Positions 28,595-39,782 are shown, numbered from the stretch's first letter. The stretch: 64,000 nt of DNA from Candidatus Tritonobacter lacicola (GCA_030765135.1 JAVCDC010000145.1:7175-71174); one strand, 5' to 3'. Notes: generated by a model from the letters alone, not told the origin. Program-made: numbers and translations.

Positions 28595-29821
28595 ATGACC
28601 GGGCCGGAGAATAAGTTAAAGTTTCTCACCTTGGCGATTGCATTGGTGCTTCTGGCTTCGACCGTGACGGGCTGCAAGGGGAAGAAGGAAGCCGCGCCGA
28701 ATCCTCCAACGGTCACCGTCGCCACTCCGGTCGAGAAAAACGTGCAGACCTACGCCGAATTCACCGGCTATACGGCTGCTGTGGAGTCCGTGGACATACG
28801 GGCCAGGGTCAGGGGGTTCCTCGACAAGGTCGCGTTCGAGGACGCCGCGCGCGTCAAGAAGGGAGACCTTCTCTTTATCATCGAGCAGGCCCCCTACAAG
28901 GCCCAGCGCGACCAGACCAAGGCCGAACTCGCCTCGGCGAGGGCCGAGCTCGAGAGGGCGCAGATCGACCTCAAGCGCGTCGAGGTGGCGGCGAAGACCA
29001 ACGCCGTCAGCCAGGAGGAGGTCACGAACCGCAGGGCGCAGCGCGACGTGGCGGCCGCCGCCGTCGATGAGGAGAAAGCGAAGCTCGAGCAGGCGAGGCT
29101 GAACCTGGGCTACACGGAGGTCCGCTCGCCGATAGACGGGAGAGTGAGCAGGAGACTGGTGGACGAGGGCAACCTGGTGGGCGCGGGGGAGAACACGCTC
29201 CTCACGACGATCGTCACGATGGACCCTATCTACGTCTACTTCGAGGTGGACGAGAGAACGCTCATCAAGGGCCTCAAGCGGAGCCCCCGGGCCTTCGATA
29301 ATAAGAAGGATTATCCGTTCTATGTCGGCCTGGACACCGAGAAGGGCTATCCGCACAAGGGGGTGCTCGACTACTTCAGCAACATTGTGGACCAGAACAC
29401 GGGGACGATCACTGCCAGGGGCGTACTCCCCAACAAGGAGAAAGAACTCTATCCCGGCATGTTCGCCCGCGTGCGCGTGCCCGCGGAGGTCGCGAGCGAC
29501 GCCCTCCTTGTCCACGAAAAGGCCATAGGGACGGACCTCGGCGGCAAGTACCTCTACATCGTCAAGAGCGACAACACCGTCGAGCAGCACCGCGTCGAGC
29601 TGGGGCCCCTGGACGGTGAGATGAGGGTTATCAGCGAGGGCATCAAGAAGGGGGAACGCTACATCGTCAACGGACTCCAGTTTGCCCGTCCCGGTCTCCC
29701 CGTAACGCCCAAAAAGGAAGAGGAGAAGCCCTCCGCGAAAGCCGTCCCGCAGAAGCAGGGCGCCGCCGGCGAAGAAGAGGCGAAGCCTGATCCCTCACCG
29801 GAGCCCGAGAAACCCCAATAA
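28595..29821 (+). CDS. RND efflux membrane fusion protein
   Basis: Lipobox VTGC; VDIRARVRG, LNLGYTEVRSPIDG, LYPGMF. Confidence 0.95.
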   Translation: MTGPENKLKFLTLAIALVLLASTVTGCKGKKEAAPNPPTVTVATPVEKNVQTYAEFTGYTAAVESVDIRARVRGFLDKVAFEDAARVKKGDLLFIIEQAPYKAQRDQTKAELASARAELERAQIDLKRVEVAAKTNAVSQEEVTNRRAQRDVAAAAVDEEKAKLEQARLNLGYTEVRSPIDGRVSRRLVDEGNLVGAGENTLLTTIVTMDPIYVYFEVDERTLIKGLKRSPRAFDNKKDYPFYVGLDTEKGYPHKGVLDYFSNIVDQNTGTITARGVLPNKEKELYPGMFARVRVPAEVASDALLVHEKAIGTDLGGKYLYIVKSDNTVEQHRVELGPLDGEMRVISEGIKKGERYIVNGLQFARPGLPVTPKKEEEKPSAKAVPQKQGAAGEEEAKPDPSPEPEKPQ

Positions 29822-29822
29822 T

Positions 29823-32800
29823 ATGTTCAGCAAGTTTTTCATAAACAGGCCCATCTTCGCGTCGGTCATCTCGATCGCCATCGTTATCGCCGGGTCGATC
29901 ACAATTCCCCTTCTCCCCATCGAACAGACGCCGGACATCACGCCCCCCACCGTCCAGGTCAAAACGAACTACCCCGGGGCGAGCGCCGAGGTGGTCGCGG
30001 AAACCGTCGCCACCCCCATCGAGGAACAGGTCAACGGCGTGGACAACATGATCTACATGTACTCGACGAGCGCGGACGACGGCTCCATGAACCTGACGGT
30101 CGCCTTCGAAGTCGGGACCGACGTCGACATGGCCACGGTCCTCGTCCAGAACAGGGTGAACATGGCCGAGCCGACGCTTCCGGAGGAGGTGAAGCGCCAG
30201 GGCATCACCACCCAGAAGCAGTCGACCAACATCGTTCTCGTCGTGAACCTCATCTCACCCGGCGAGGAGTACGACGAGATCTACCTCTCCAACTATATCA
30301 ACATCTTCATCAAGGACGTCCTCCTCAGGGTGCACGGCGTTGGTGACGTGAACGTCTTCGGCGCCAAGGACTACGGGATGCGCATCTGGCTCAATCCCGA
30401 CCTTGTCAGGTCGCGCGGCCTGACGACGGAGGACGTCATCAACGCCATCCGCGAGCAGAATGTCCAGGTGGCTGCCGGCCAGATTGGCGCGCCGCCCAGC
30501 CCGAAGAACCAGCAGTTCCAGTACACGGTAAACACGCTCGGACGCCTCAAGACCGTCGAGCAGTTCGAGGACATCATCCTGAAGGTCGGCGAAGACGGAC
30601 GGCTCGTTCGCGTCAAGGACGTCGCGAGGGTCGAGCTTGGCGCCCAGTCCTACACCTCCTACTGCCAGCTTGACGGCTCCCCGTCAATCGCGATGGGGGT
30701 CTACCAGCTTCCGGGAGCCAACGCCATAGCCGTCGCCCAGGGCGTCAAGGAGGCGATGGACGAGCTGGCCAAGAGCTTCCCGAAGGGCGTCGAGTACCGG
30801 ATCGCCTTCGACACGACGAAGTTCGTCCACGCCTCCATCAAGGAGGTAATCCAGACCCTGTTCATAGCGATAATCCTCGTCATCCTGACGGTCTATATCT
30901 TCCTCCAGGACTTCCGCACGACGCTGATACCCGCCATAACCATCCCAGTCTCCCTGATCGGCACCTTCGCCGTGATGATGGCTGTGGGCCTCTCCATCAA
31001 TACGCTCTCCCTCTTCGGCCTCTTGCTCGCGATAGGGATCGTTGTCGACGACGCCATCGTCGTCGTCGAGAACACCACGCGCATCATCAACGAAGAGGGG
31101 CTTCCCGCCAAGGAGGCCGCCTTGAAGAGCATGGAGCAGATCACCGGGCCCGTCGTCGCCACGACGCTCGTCCTCCTCGCCGTCTTCGTGCCGACCGCCA
31201 TGACGGGCGGCATCACGGGGAGGCTCTACCAGCAGTTCGCCCTCACCATCTCGATCTCGACCGTCTTCTCCTCGATCAACGCGCTGACAATGAGCCCGGC
31301 CCTCTGCGGGCTCCTTCTTCGTCCGTCGAAGGGGCGGCACGGGTGGTTCTTCAACCTCTTCAACAAGTACTTCGACCGGACCACGAAGGGCTATCACCGG
31401 GTCGTCTCCCTGGTCGTCCACAGGACGGCGGTGATGATGCTCATCTTTGCCGGCCTGGGCGTCCTCATGTTCCTCGGCTTCAAGACCGTGCCGGGAGGCT
31501 TCATCCCGGACGAGGACCAGGGCTACGTCTTCATCAGCGTCCGCCTCCCGGACGGCGCGACGCTCGAGCGCACGAGGGTCATACTCGACCGCATCAACGG
31601 GGCCCTGGGGAACACGCCGGGGGTGGCGGACTACATTACCATCGGGGGCTACTCCATCCTGGACAACATGAACTCGACCAACACGGGGTCCTACTTCGTG
31701 ACGCTGACGCCCTGGGACGACCGCAAGTCCAAAGCCCTCCAGGTGTGGGGCGTCCTCGAGAATCTGAACGCGCAGCTTTCACAAATCGAGGACGCGATAT
31801 GCTTCGCGTTCGGGCCGCCTGCAATCATGGGCCTTGGAAACGCCTCCGGCTTCGACTTCCGTCTCGAGGACCGCGCCGACCTCGGCCTGGTCATGCTCCA
31901 GGAGGTTGCCGAGGACCTTGTCTTCAACGGCAACAACGATCCCGTCCTCACGCGTATGAACAACAGCTTCAGGGCCACGGTACCGCAGATCTATCTCGAC
32001 ATAGACCGCACGAAGGTCAAGACGCTCGGCATCCCGCTGAGCATGGTCTTCGATACCCTCCAGGTCTACCTGGGCTCACTCTACGTGAACGACTTCAACA
32101 TCTTCGGACGCGTCTACAAGGTCATGGCACAAGCGGACTACGAGTTCAGGAGCCGCGTGGAGACCATCGGGCAACTGCAGGTGCGGGACAAGGAGGGGAA
32201 GATGGCCCCGCTCGCCACTCTTCTCACGGTGCAGGAGACGGCGGGGCCCCAGGCCGTCTTCCACTACAACCTGTATACCTCGGCGCCGCTAACCGGAGAG
32301 CCCCGGGCGGGATACAGCTCGGGTCAGGCGATGAACGCCATGGCGGCGCTCGCAAAGAGGCTCCTCCCCCCCGGGATGGGGTACGACTGGTCGGGCATCA
32401 GCTACCAGCAGATCCAGGCGGGGGCGCAGACCGTCTTCATCTTCGGCCTCGCCATCGTCTTCGTCTACCTCTTTCTCTCCGCGCAGTACGAGAGCTGGTC
32501 GATTCCCCTGGCCGTGATGCTCTCCATTCCGCTCGCGCTCTTCGGGGCGATCCTCTTCACCTTACTGCGCTCCTACGACAACAACATCTACACGCAGATA
32601 GGTTTGGTGCTCCTGATCGGTATGGCAAGCAAGAGCGCGATCCTCATTGTCGAGTTCGCCAAAACGCGCAGGGAGGAGGGGGAGTCGATCATAGAGGCGG
32701 CAGTCGAGGCGGCACGTCTTCGTTTCCGCGCCATACTCATGACGGCTTTCTCGTTCATCCTCGGCGTCATGCCCCTCGTCATCGCCGTCGGCGCCGGCGC

Positions 32801-32990
32801 CGTCAGCCGCCGTAACCTGGGAACCGCCGTCTTCGGCGGCATGCTAGCCGCGACGGTCTTCGGCGTGATCTTCATCCCCGTTCTCTACGTCGTAGTCCAG
32901 CGGACGGCCGAGAAGCTGGGAGGCAAAGGCAAAGAGGCACCGGAAAAAAAGCTGCAGTCCTCACCGAACGAGGACACGAAAGAGAGCTGA
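29823..32990 (+). CDS. RND efflux permease (HAE1/AcrB family)
   Basis: FFINRPIFA, GIVVDDAIVVVEN, RFRAILMT; 1055 aa. Confidence 0.97.
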   Translation: MFSKFFINRPIFASVISIAIVIAGSITIPLLPIEQTPDITPPTVQVKTNYPGASAEVVAETVATPIEEQVNGVDNMIYMYSTSADDGSMNLTVAFEVGTDVDMATVLVQNRVNMAEPTLPEEVKRQGITTQKQSTNIVLVVNLISPGEEYDEIYLSNYINIFIKDVLLRVHGVGDVNVFGAKDYGMRIWLNPDLVRSRGLTTEDVINAIREQNVQVAAGQIGAPPSPKNQQFQYTVNTLGRLKTVEQFEDIILKVGEDGRLVRVKDVARVELGAQSYTSYCQLDGSPSIAMGVYQLPGANAIAVAQGVKEAMDELAKSFPKGVEYRIAFDTTKFVHASIKEVIQTLFIAIILVILTVYIFLQDFRTTLIPAITIPVSLIGTFAVMMAVGLSINTLSLFGLLLAIGIVVDDAIVVVENTTRIINEEGLPAKEAALKSMEQITGPVVATTLVLLAVFVPTAMTGGITGRLYQQFALTISISTVFSSINALTMSPALCGLLLRPSKGRHGWFFNLFNKYFDRTTKGYHRVVSLVVHRTAVMMLIFAGLGVLMFLGFKTVPGGFIPDEDQGYVFISVRLPDGATLERTRVILDRINGALGNTPGVADYITIGGYSILDNMNSTNTGSYFVTLTPWDDRKSKALQVWGVLENLNAQLSQIEDAICFAFGPPAIMGLGNASGFDFRLEDRADLGLVMLQEVAEDLVFNGNNDPVLTRMNNSFRATVPQIYLDIDRTKVKTLGIPLSMVFDTLQVYLGSLYVNDFNIFGRVYKVMAQADYEFRSRVETIGQLQVRDKEGKMAPLATLLTVQETAGPQAVFHYNLYTSAPLTGEPRAGYSSGQAMNAMAALAKRLLPPGMGYDWSGISYQQIQAGAQTVFIFGLAIVFVYLFLSAQYESWSIPLAVMLSIPLALFGAILFTLLRSYDNNIYTQIGLVLLIGMASKSAILIVEFAKTRREEGESIIEAAVEAARLRFRAILMTAFSFILGVMPLVIAVGAGAVSRRNLGTAVFGGMLAATVFGVIFIPVLYVVVQRTAEKLGGKGKEAPEKKLQSSPNEDTKES

Positions 32991-33077
32991 CACGAGAGTA
33001 AACGGATAAGGTCATCGCATAAAAACAGTAGCAGCCGGGCACCAATGGAAGATATAAAGGAGTGTGATTTTACTGAG

Positions 33078-34595
33078 ATGAAACACGTCGATTATACAAA
33101 CCGTAACGGCCTTGGGCGATCCTCCCTGCCCGCGCTTCTCCTGGGGATTCTCTTTCTCGGCATGTTCGCGGGGTGCGCCGTTGGCCCACGCTATAGAACG
33201 CCGGAGATGAAATTGCCGGACGCCTGGCAGCAGAAAATGACAGAGGGAATTCTGGAAGAGGAGCCGAATATCCAGACCTGGTGGACCACTCTCCAGGACC
33301 CTACGCTCAACAGCCTTATCAAGAGAGCGGCGGCGGGAAACCTGAGCCTGCAAGAAGCGTTCGCCAGGATCAACGAGGCGCACGCAAACCTGGGGATCGC
33401 CCGGTCGGGCAGGTTCCCGGCCGTAGACGGTACGGGGTATTTCGAAAGAAGCCGGAACAGCGAGGACTTCGGGCCCGGCAGCGCCGACGGCAAGCTCACG
33501 GACAACTACTACGGGACCGCGCTGGACACGACATGGGAGGTAGACCTCTGGGGAAGGATCACCCGCTCCATCCAATCGGCGGACGCAAGCCTGCAGGCAA
33601 TGGTAGACAACTACAGGGACGTCCTCGTGGTGCTCTACGCGGAGATAGCCTACAACTACATTGACGTGCGCACACTCCAGGAGCGTATCAAGTACGCCGA
33701 GGGAAATGCGGGTACGCAGAGCAAGACGCTCCAGCTCACACAGGACCGCTTTAAAGCGGAGATAACCGGAGAGCTCGACGTGCGCCAGGCGGAGCTGAAC
33801 CTGGCAAGAACGGAATCAGCCATCCCCACACTTAAGACCGACCTGGCACAGGCGATCAACCGGCTTGGAGTCCTGCTCGGGGAATATCCGGAGGCGCTTC
33901 ACAAGGAGCTGGCACAAGCTAAACCCATGCCAAGGGTACACGAGAAGATATCGGCAGGCCTTCCCGCGGAGCTTCTGCGACAGCGACCTGACATCCGCCG
34001 GGCAGAGCGCCAGCTCGCCGCGCAGACAGCCCGTATCGGCGTGGCGACCGCTGACCTGCTCCCGCAGTTCAAACTCGACGGCGCCATCGGGTTCCAGGGC
34101 ACCAAGGACTTCATCGACCATTCCCGCATGACGTGGGCGCTCAAACCCAATTTTCGCTGGAAACTCTTCGAGGGCGGCGCCGTCACGGGTCAGATCAAGG
34201 TAGAGCAGGCACGCACCGAGGAAGCCCTGGCGAACTACACGCGGACCGTCCTCGCCGGGCTCGAGGACGTGGAAGATTCCATGGTCGCATACATACAGGA
34301 GCGTGAACGCAGGGATATCCTGGCGCGCTCGGTAGTTGCCGCACGGAGGTCCGTACAACTCGTCGAAACCCTATACAAAACCGGCCTCACCGACTTCCAG
34401 AACGTCCAGGATATGCAGCGGACATTGTTCCTGCAGCAGGACGATTACGCCGAGAGCCAGGGCCAGGTCACGAAAGACCTGGTCCGGATCTACAAAGCCC
34501 TGGGCGGCGGATGGTCGCCGGACGAGCCTACATACAAAAAGGGCGTTCTCGACAAAGTCAAAGGCAAGCTCAAACTTCCAACGGGCGCGTTATGA
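33078..34595 (+). CDS. RND outer membrane factor (OprM/NodT family lipoprotein)
   Basis: FAGCAVGP, WEVDLWG, LLRQRPDIRRAE, YKALGGGW. Confidence 0.95.
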   Translation: MKHVDYTNRNGLGRSSLPALLLGILFLGMFAGCAVGPRYRTPEMKLPDAWQQKMTEGILEEEPNIQTWWTTLQDPTLNSLIKRAAAGNLSLQEAFARINEAHANLGIARSGRFPAVDGTGYFERSRNSEDFGPGSADGKLTDNYYGTALDTTWEVDLWGRITRSIQSADASLQAMVDNYRDVLVVLYAEIAYNYIDVRTLQERIKYAEGNAGTQSKTLQLTQDRFKAEITGELDVRQAELNLARTESAIPTLKTDLAQAINRLGVLLGEYPEALHKELAQAKPMPRVHEKISAGLPAELLRQRPDIRRAERQLAAQTARIGVATADLLPQFKLDGAIGFQGTKDFIDHSRMTWALKPNFRWKLFEGGAVTGQIKVEQARTEEALANYTRTVLAGLEDVEDSMVAYIQERERRDILARSVVAARRSVQLVETLYKTGLTDFQNVQDMQRTLFLQQDDYAESQGQVTKDLVRIYKALGGGWSPDEPTYKKGVLDKVKGKLKLPTGAL

Positions 34596-34615
34596 ACCGC
34601 GGCTGAAGACTATAA

Positions 34616-35317
34616 TCAGAACTCCAGGAGCAGGCCGGTACCGATAACGTGAGAGCCATCCCAATCCCCCCCTCTCCCGGGGCGGAAAGCACGGCGCATA
34701 TAAAAGAGATTCACAACCACTTTCTTATAAAGCCTCACCCTGAAGCCGCCGCACAGCCTGTTCTCGTTGTAACCAATGTTATTCGTGAGGTTGTAGTAGA
34801 AGTCATTGCCCGCGTAAGGGGAGATGGTGAGATTTTCGGTCTTGAGTACCGGATAGGAAAGCGTTGGAAATATGCTATATCTCCAGGTTTGCGTATGGGC
34901 GGCGTAGGGCCTGATACGCCACCATAGCTGGTTCTGCAGCTGTAAAGTGAGCGGGCCAAGATAGCCATCTTTATCCACGCCCAGGTCGGCCATGCTGAAA
35001 CTCGGCGTGACAAAAAACATGGGGCGGTGCTCCGTACGAAAATCCCCCGGGGGCCCGCTATTGACATTCGCGTACTGCGCGCTCAGCGTGAGCCACTTGA
35101 GCGGTTTATACTCCGGGCCAAAGTAGAAGTGATAATAATAAAACTCGTCCAAATCCTCCCGGAAACGGCTCTGAAAGGAACACTTGAGATACAGCTTTTC
35201 CTTTTTTATGGGAACTCTGAAAGCGTAATCGTTCCAGGTGCCCCAGTCATCGGCCCCGTTGGCCGCCAGGGGCGCTCCGAGTAAAAAGGCCATGCCACAG
35301 ATAAAAATTTTGCTCAT
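34616..35317 (-). CDS. DUF2490-like outer membrane beta-barrel protein
   Basis: Signal peptide, DDWGTW, EHRP, ENRL, terminal F. Confidence 0.7.
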   Translation of the reverse strand: MSKIFICGMAFLLGAPLAANGADDWGTWNDYAFRVPIKKEKLYLKCSFQSRFREDLDEFYYYHFYFGPEYKPLKWLTLSAQYANVNSGPPGDFRTEHRPMFFVTPSFSMADLGVDKDGYLGPLTLQLQNQLWWRIRPYAAHTQTWRYSIFPTLSYPVLKTENLTISPYAGNDFYYNLTNNIGYNENRLCGGFRVRLYKKVVVNLFYMRRAFRPGRGGDWDGSHVIGTGLLLEF

Positions 35318-35385
35318 GAAGTCGCCGTTAAATTAACTCTACAAAATATTTCAGGCAACGGTCAGTTCAAAATAGCCGGCGCTGC

Positions 35386-35440
35386 AATGCCTCAGTTATG
35401 CAGCTGAGATTCCGGTTGTCCAGTCCATAACTGAGGCATT
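35386..35440. repeat. 15-bp perfect inverted repeat with 25-nt spacer
   Basis: aatgcctcagttatg ... cataactgaggcatt. Confidence 0.8.
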
Positions 35441-35719
35441 ACCCGGTGCCGCATCCGGCCAGTCACAGTGGTACCGCCGACGACACGCCATCGAGGAATA
35501 TCCTGCAAAGTATCTGGTTCTTCTCCAGAATAGTCAATAATGACATGGTACTACAAATGTTTATTTTTTCGCCCTTATCAAACTACTCGACCCCGACGCG
35601 CCTCTTTAGAGCTTTGCCGGCCATCAAGAATACACTATAATCTCATCCGGGTATTTGGGAGCAATTAATCTTGGCACTCTATCTCAAAGAGAGTCTCTCG
35701 GAGTTCAGCACCTATTTTC

Positions 35720-38617
35720 ATGGAGGACAGGATCATGCTTAAGAACAACGGGTTCCCGCCCGGCACGAATTCCGGACACCTTCGGCCTGTCCGGAACCGG
35801 GCCTTTCGTAACCTATGCGGCATTATGACTGGCATTCTGACAGTGTTGCTGCTGCCGGCAGCGACTGTTCACGCGCAGGATCCGGGCATTCAACCCAAGG
35901 AGCAGACAGGCATAACGCAACCGGCCGATAAAGCCCTCCTGGAGGTATCCGGCCCGAACGAACGTATCCGGGAAGCCCGGGCGGTTCTCAAGATGGACGA
36001 GGCCGGGCAATGGCCCGGGTTCCTCCAGGAGATGGCCCGGAAGAACGTTTCCTATTCCAAAGACCTGGACGCGGTGAACAGCAGCGCAAGCAAGGTCGAG
36101 GACAACATCAGCCGGCTCAAGGAGAAACTGGCCGAGGTCAAAGGCAACTACGAGCGCACCAGGAAGCGCGTGAAGTCGATGGGGCTGACCTCCACTGCGG
36201 GCGTTTTCTTTGAAAGGAGGCTTAGGGCACTGTCCAGGCTGAGGGCCCCGACAAGAGCCGTCGATACACGGCGGCGTGAAATCAGGCGCATTGCAAAAGA
36301 AGAGCTTATGCTCGAAGACCTGCGAGAGGAAGTTTCGTACTTGGATGCCGAAGAGTTGCATAGACATCTCGCGGATTTGAATATGCCCCCGGAGCGGGAA
36401 AAAGAATTGGAGCAGCAGAGCGAACAGTTGATCCAGCAAACGAAGCAACTTCTCAACGAGATCAGTGTTGCATATCCTCGATATCTTGCACTTCTGTCCG
36501 ACGAGGGCTACGCAGAGCGAGCACTGCGCCTGGAGGTCAACTCGTATATCAACCTCCTCAAGGCCCAGCTGCTCTGGACAAGAAGCAACCAGGCGTTCAG
36601 CGGCGCCGACCTGCTGTTCGTCGGAAAAGCCCTCTCCCGCCTGTTCTCTCCCTGGAACTGGCATAACGTAATCAGCGACCTCATCGCCTCGATAAAGCGC
36701 TCTCCGTCGGGGTGGGGGATCTGTTTATTGCTCGCGCTCATCTGGGCGGTTGCCTGCCCGCGGCTGGCCGGGCGCATCAGGGACCTGAACAGCCGGGCGG
36801 GCAGCACCGGGGACGATTCGATCCTGCCCACCGCCCGGGCGCTGATACTGGCGGTTATTCACGCGGGCGGATTACCGCTTCTCGTTTATCTTGCGGCAAG
36901 ACAGTTATGGCTATTTCCCGGCTCACAGGTATTCACCCGTTCGGTCTGCGCGGGGCTCATCGCGTCCGCCAAGATTCTGTTCGGGGCCAGGTTGGCTTTC
37001 GAGACCTTCGGACCGGGCGGCATCGGCCGGGCGCACTTCCACTGGCCCGAAGCTGTCTGCCGCGCGATCGGCCGGTGCGCGCGGCAGGTAATGCTCTTTG
37101 TTGTTCCCCTGGTTTTCTTCATGATTATTCTGAATACCGGCATGAGCGCCGCGGAGCGAGGCTCTCTCGGCCGGTTCGTTTTCATGGCAATGATGATCGT
37201 GTTTGCCGTGATCCTCGCCCCCCTCTTCCGCTCCGGCAGCCCGGTGATGTCGCTCCCAGCATTCCTCAGGAGCAGAGGCCCCTGCGCGAAAATGAGCCGG
37301 CTCTTCCTCCCGGCGGCTGTAACGATACCGCTGCTCCTGCTGTTTTTCGCCTGGCAGGGCTATTACCACAGTGTCATCGGAATCGGCGGCGCTTTTCTGC
37401 GCACGATCGCCCTGCTGCTGGCGCTCGTGTTTATCAAGGCGTTTATGGTTCGCTGGTGGCAGCTTTTCAAGCAACGAATCGAGCTCCGGGAAAAGAAGCC
37501 CGGCGTTCAAACCGCCACCGGCGCCCCCCCCGCAGGCGGTTCGACTGAACCCGCGGAACAGGGAAAGACCGCATCTCAGCGCGAAGGAGCCCACTCCGAT
37601 CCGGCCGACTTCAGTAAGCAGGCATCCCTGTTAATCAGATTGGTCATCATGGCGCTGGCCCTGGCCGGCCTGTACGTGATCTGGGGGATGAGCGTCCCCG
37701 TCCTGCAACTTTTAAACGGGATCATACTATGGACCTACCAGCTGGGTATAAATGCTTCACAGCAGCTTTTGATCAAACCGGTAACCCTCGGCAACCTCAT
37801 TCTCTGCTTTGTAATCCTCTGGTTAACGGCGCTTATCTCAAAAAACATTTCCGGCTTTCTGAACGCGATTGTCTTCAGGCGCCTTAAAACGGACCCTGCG
37901 AACAGGCACGCCCTCGGGCTCATTTCCAGATACGCGGTGGTTATCGTAGGATTGATCCTGGCGATGAACGAGATCGGCATCGGGTGGTCCAAAGTTCAAT
38001 GGCTGGTCGCCGCCCTGACCGTCGGACTGGGCTTCGGCCTCCAGGATATCGTCGCCAATTTTGTCGCAGGCATCATTATACTTTTCGAAAAGCCCATACG
38101 CATCGGCGATACAATCACCATGCTCGGCACCAGCGGGAAGGTCACCCGGATACAAATTCGTTCCACCACTATCACCGATTGGGACCGCCGCGAAACGATA
38201 ATCCCGAACAAGTCATTCCTCACGGACAAGATCGTCAACTGGTCCCTGACCGATTCGATAATAAGAATCGACATTGAGGTCGGCATCGCCTACGGCTCCG
38301 ATACCGCCAAGGCAGAAGAGCTGCTTCTGAAGACAGCCGGGAAGAACCCGCTCGTGATGAATGACCCGGCCCCGAGCGTGATGTTCTTCAATTTCGGTGA
38401 CAACAGCCTCGACTTCAAGCTGAGGGCTTTTATCCACACAAAGGATCGCATTCTCGCCACGCATCAGCTTCACCTCGCGATTAATGAGGCGTTCAACAGG
38501 GCCGGCATCGAAATACCCTTCCCGCAGCGCGACACACACCTGGACGCGCCCCGGCCACTCGATGTCCGCATCGTCAAAGAGACGCCCGGCTCAACGCCCC
38601 CTGAACAGGAGGGGTAA
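35720..38617 (+). CDS. MscK/KefA-like mechanosensitive channel
   Basis: Periplasmic coiled coil, multiple TM, VGLGFGLQDIVANF, IEIPFPQRD. Confidence 0.92.
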   Translation: MEDRIMLKNNGFPPGTNSGHLRPVRNRAFRNLCGIMTGILTVLLLPAATVHAQDPGIQPKEQTGITQPADKALLEVSGPNERIREARAVLKMDEAGQWPGFLQEMARKNVSYSKDLDAVNSSASKVEDNISRLKEKLAEVKGNYERTRKRVKSMGLTSTAGVFFERRLRALSRLRAPTRAVDTRRREIRRIAKEELMLEDLREEVSYLDAEELHRHLADLNMPPEREKELEQQSEQLIQQTKQLLNEISVAYPRYLALLSDEGYAERALRLEVNSYINLLKAQLLWTRSNQAFSGADLLFVGKALSRLFSPWNWHNVISDLIASIKRSPSGWGICLLLALIWAVACPRLAGRIRDLNSRAGSTGDDSILPTARALILAVIHAGGLPLLVYLAARQLWLFPGSQVFTRSVCAGLIASAKILFGARLAFETFGPGGIGRAHFHWPEAVCRAIGRCARQVMLFVVPLVFFMIILNTGMSAAERGSLGRFVFMAMMIVFAVILAPLFRSGSPVMSLPAFLRSRGPCAKMSRLFLPAAVTIPLLLLFFAWQGYYHSVIGIGGAFLRTIALLLALVFIKAFMVRWWQLFKQRIELREKKPGVQTATGAPPAGGSTEPAEQGKTASQREGAHSDPADFSKQASLLIRLVIMALALAGLYVIWGMSVPVLQLLNGIILWTYQLGINASQQLLIKPVTLGNLILCFVILWLTALISKNISGFLNAIVFRRLKTDPANRHALGLISRYAVVIVGLILAMNEIGIGWSKVQWLVAALTVGLGFGLQDIVANFVAGIIILFEKPIRIGDTITMLGTSGKVTRIQIRSTTITDWDRRETIIPNKSFLTDKIVNWSLTDSIIRIDIEVGIAYGSDTAKAEELLLKTAGKNPLVMNDPAPSVMFFNFGDNSLDFKLRAFIHTKDRILATHQLHLAINEAFNRAGIEIPFPQRDTHLDAPRPLDVRIVKETPGSTPPEQEG

Positions 38618-38689
38618 TACAGGCGCGGGATTTCTTATCGCGAGATAGATATGTAAGAGAGGGATCGAGTCACCCTCAAGCGATCTGCC

Positions 38690-39772
38690 ATGGCTTGTAA
38701 ACTAGAATACATCGCGGAAGGGCTGAAGGAGCACCCCCCGCTCCCCTACTTCTTCAAGGAGCGCTTCGAGATATTCAAAGAGATCGACAGGATATTCATG
38801 GACGGCTCCCTGACTTCAAGGGGAGGTGACTTCGATATAGGGGGCGCGAACCGGCAGGTAAAGGCCAATCCGATACTGGACCTGTACGTGCATCAGATGC
38901 GCAAGGCCCTGTCCGAGATCGAATCATGCAAGGTGGAAGAGGGCGTGGTCGTCTGGCAGCTATACAACATGGGCTACATTGTCAAGACTCCGGGTGTCAC
39001 CATGGGCTTCGACGTCGTCGGTGGGCTCAGGTGGACTGACCGGGGATGGGATGTCCCGGCGGAAATAATCTCGGGGCTCTCCAGTTCCATGGACGTGCTC
39101 TTCGTGACTCATTACATCGACAATTATTACGCCCACCCATCTTCCACATGGCGGCACGTGGACCACTGCGATAAAGAGATCATCGACCTGATGCAAAAGG
39201 AGGGTAAGCCCGTCTTCATCCCGACCGGACACGAGGCCTATTTCGAGGACGGGAAAAACATGATCTACGCACAGCACCACCGGAGCGTCGATATCCTTGG
39301 GCTTCACGTGACGTCCTACGGAGGGCCGCACGTCTATCAGGACAACCCCTTCGATACCCCTCTGATGGTTTACGAGGTCATCACGAAAGAGGGGAAGAAG
39401 CTATTTTTCACTGGTGATTTTGACTATACCCTGTGCACGACCGTCCCCTACCGGGACAATATCGACGTCCTTTTTATGCGCTGCGGAGGCGTAAGCCCCC
39501 TGTATGACGAAGACCATCCCTACGACCTGGGCGAGCTCAGCAAAGCCTTCTACTTCGGCGGCGACAGTGACGCGTTCTATTTCGGGCTGGAGGAGTTCGA
39601 GTCAAAGTTCGTAGTGGCGGGCCACCTGGCGGAGATGTCTCATCCGCCGGGAGGGGGCCGCGAAAGCTACACCGCAAGCTTCGATGTCTTCAACAAGCTG
39701 AAACTGGCGGGCGAGGACGACCTGAAATACCTGATAATGTTCTGGGGAGAGAAATATCACTGCCTTGTTTAA
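38690..39772 (+). CDS. Metallo-beta-lactamase fold hydrolase (UlaG-like)
   Basis: LYNMGYIVKT, FVTH...HVDH, FTGD, GHLAE. Confidence 0.75.
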   Translation: MACKLEYIAEGLKEHPPLPYFFKERFEIFKEIDRIFMDGSLTSRGGDFDIGGANRQVKANPILDLYVHQMRKALSEIESCKVEEGVVVWQLYNMGYIVKTPGVTMGFDVVGGLRWTDRGWDVPAEIISGLSSSMDVLFVTHYIDNYYAHPSSTWRHVDHCDKEIIDLMQKEGKPVFIPTGHEAYFEDGKNMIYAQHHRSVDILGLHVTSYGGPHVYQDNPFDTPLMVYEVITKEGKKLFFTGDFDYTLCTTVPYRDNIDVLFMRCGGVSPLYDEDHPYDLGELSKAFYFGGDSDAFYFGLEEFESKFVVAGHLAEMSHPPGGGRESYTASFDVFNKLKLAGEDDLKYLIMFWGEKYHCLV

Positions 39773-39782
39773 CCCGAATTAT

